Source: a virus (taxonomy: Duplodnaviria > Heunggongvirae > Uroviricota > Caudoviricetes). Taken from it: a DNA stretch of 51,577 nucleotides. The notes beneath the pieces were generated by a model. That model saw only the letters and a list, made by a program, of their open reading frames with translations. It was not told the origin of the DNA and ran no database searches. Position 1 is the first letter of the stretch; every line of letters begins with the position of its first letter. The DNA lies in the IMG/VR virus record IMGVR_UViG_3300046692_000385, one strand, 5' to 3'. Below are positions 51,496 through 51,577 of this stretch, one piece after another. Both the position numbers and the translations under genes were made by a program.

Positions 51496-51577
51496 CTTCA
51501 AACTCCTGTTCATCAGCCCCGAGGGCATCATTGATTTGTCGTGTGCCATCTTCAAGGGCGAAGATCAGCGTCAGTGC
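51479..51577 (-). CDS. 3' end of a gene entering from the right edge
   Basis: Open frame ALTLIFALEDG...EQQH-stop. Confidence 0.45.
   Translation of the reverse strand, partial: ALTLIFALEDGTRQINDALGADEQEFEDEQQH

Noticed and set aside
47290-51577. T7-type phage RNA polymerase promoters
   Set aside because: No repeated 20-23-bp promoter-like motif seen in this block
1-51577. tRNA, rRNA, integrase, transposase, lysis genes
   Set aside because: None recognisable by eye; tRNAscan-SE and HMM searches are needed to exclude divergent copies

Overview
The whole window is phage DNA; I saw no host housekeeping genes, rRNA, tRNA, integrase or CRISPR array. Positions 1-32 kb hold the leftward-transcribed virion module of a high-GC siphovirus: tail fibre (truncated at the left edge), tail tip, tape measure, tail tube with a G/G-T frameshift chaperone, head completion, capsid, scaffold, portal and terminase. 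It is preceded by a ParB-N/Tad2-like/HEXXH/ABC-ATPase/thioredoxin/GNAT/wHTH cassette and a divergent SF2 helicase. From memory, the capsid protein and this gene set resemble SSU5/pHCM2-type phage-plasmids; this needs a database check. Positions 33-47 kb are a control and early region of small leftward ORFs ending in a protein-kinase-like gene. Beyond about 47.2 kb the sequence switches to a lower-GC, T7-like nucleotide-metabolism block (gp1.7-like, MazG, DUF5664, HNH, gp6-like exonuclease). The strongest unexplained signals are: (1) a 1.4-kb island (33145-34556) that almost completely avoids GG/CC except as CGGW, holds two sigma70-driven genes and a perfect chromosomal-type parS, and may be the footprint of GG-directed DNA modification by the ABC/GNAT/ParB cassette; (2) a palindrome AGTCA-N4-TGACT found 21 times at early and late promoters; (3) several further repeat families (34-bp dispersed motif, 29-bp periodic array, GCCTTATA iterons, cassette-like intergenic modules). 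Most plus-strand ORFs in the supplied track are antisense shadows. All counts are hand counts; family assignments come from motif recognition, not searches.
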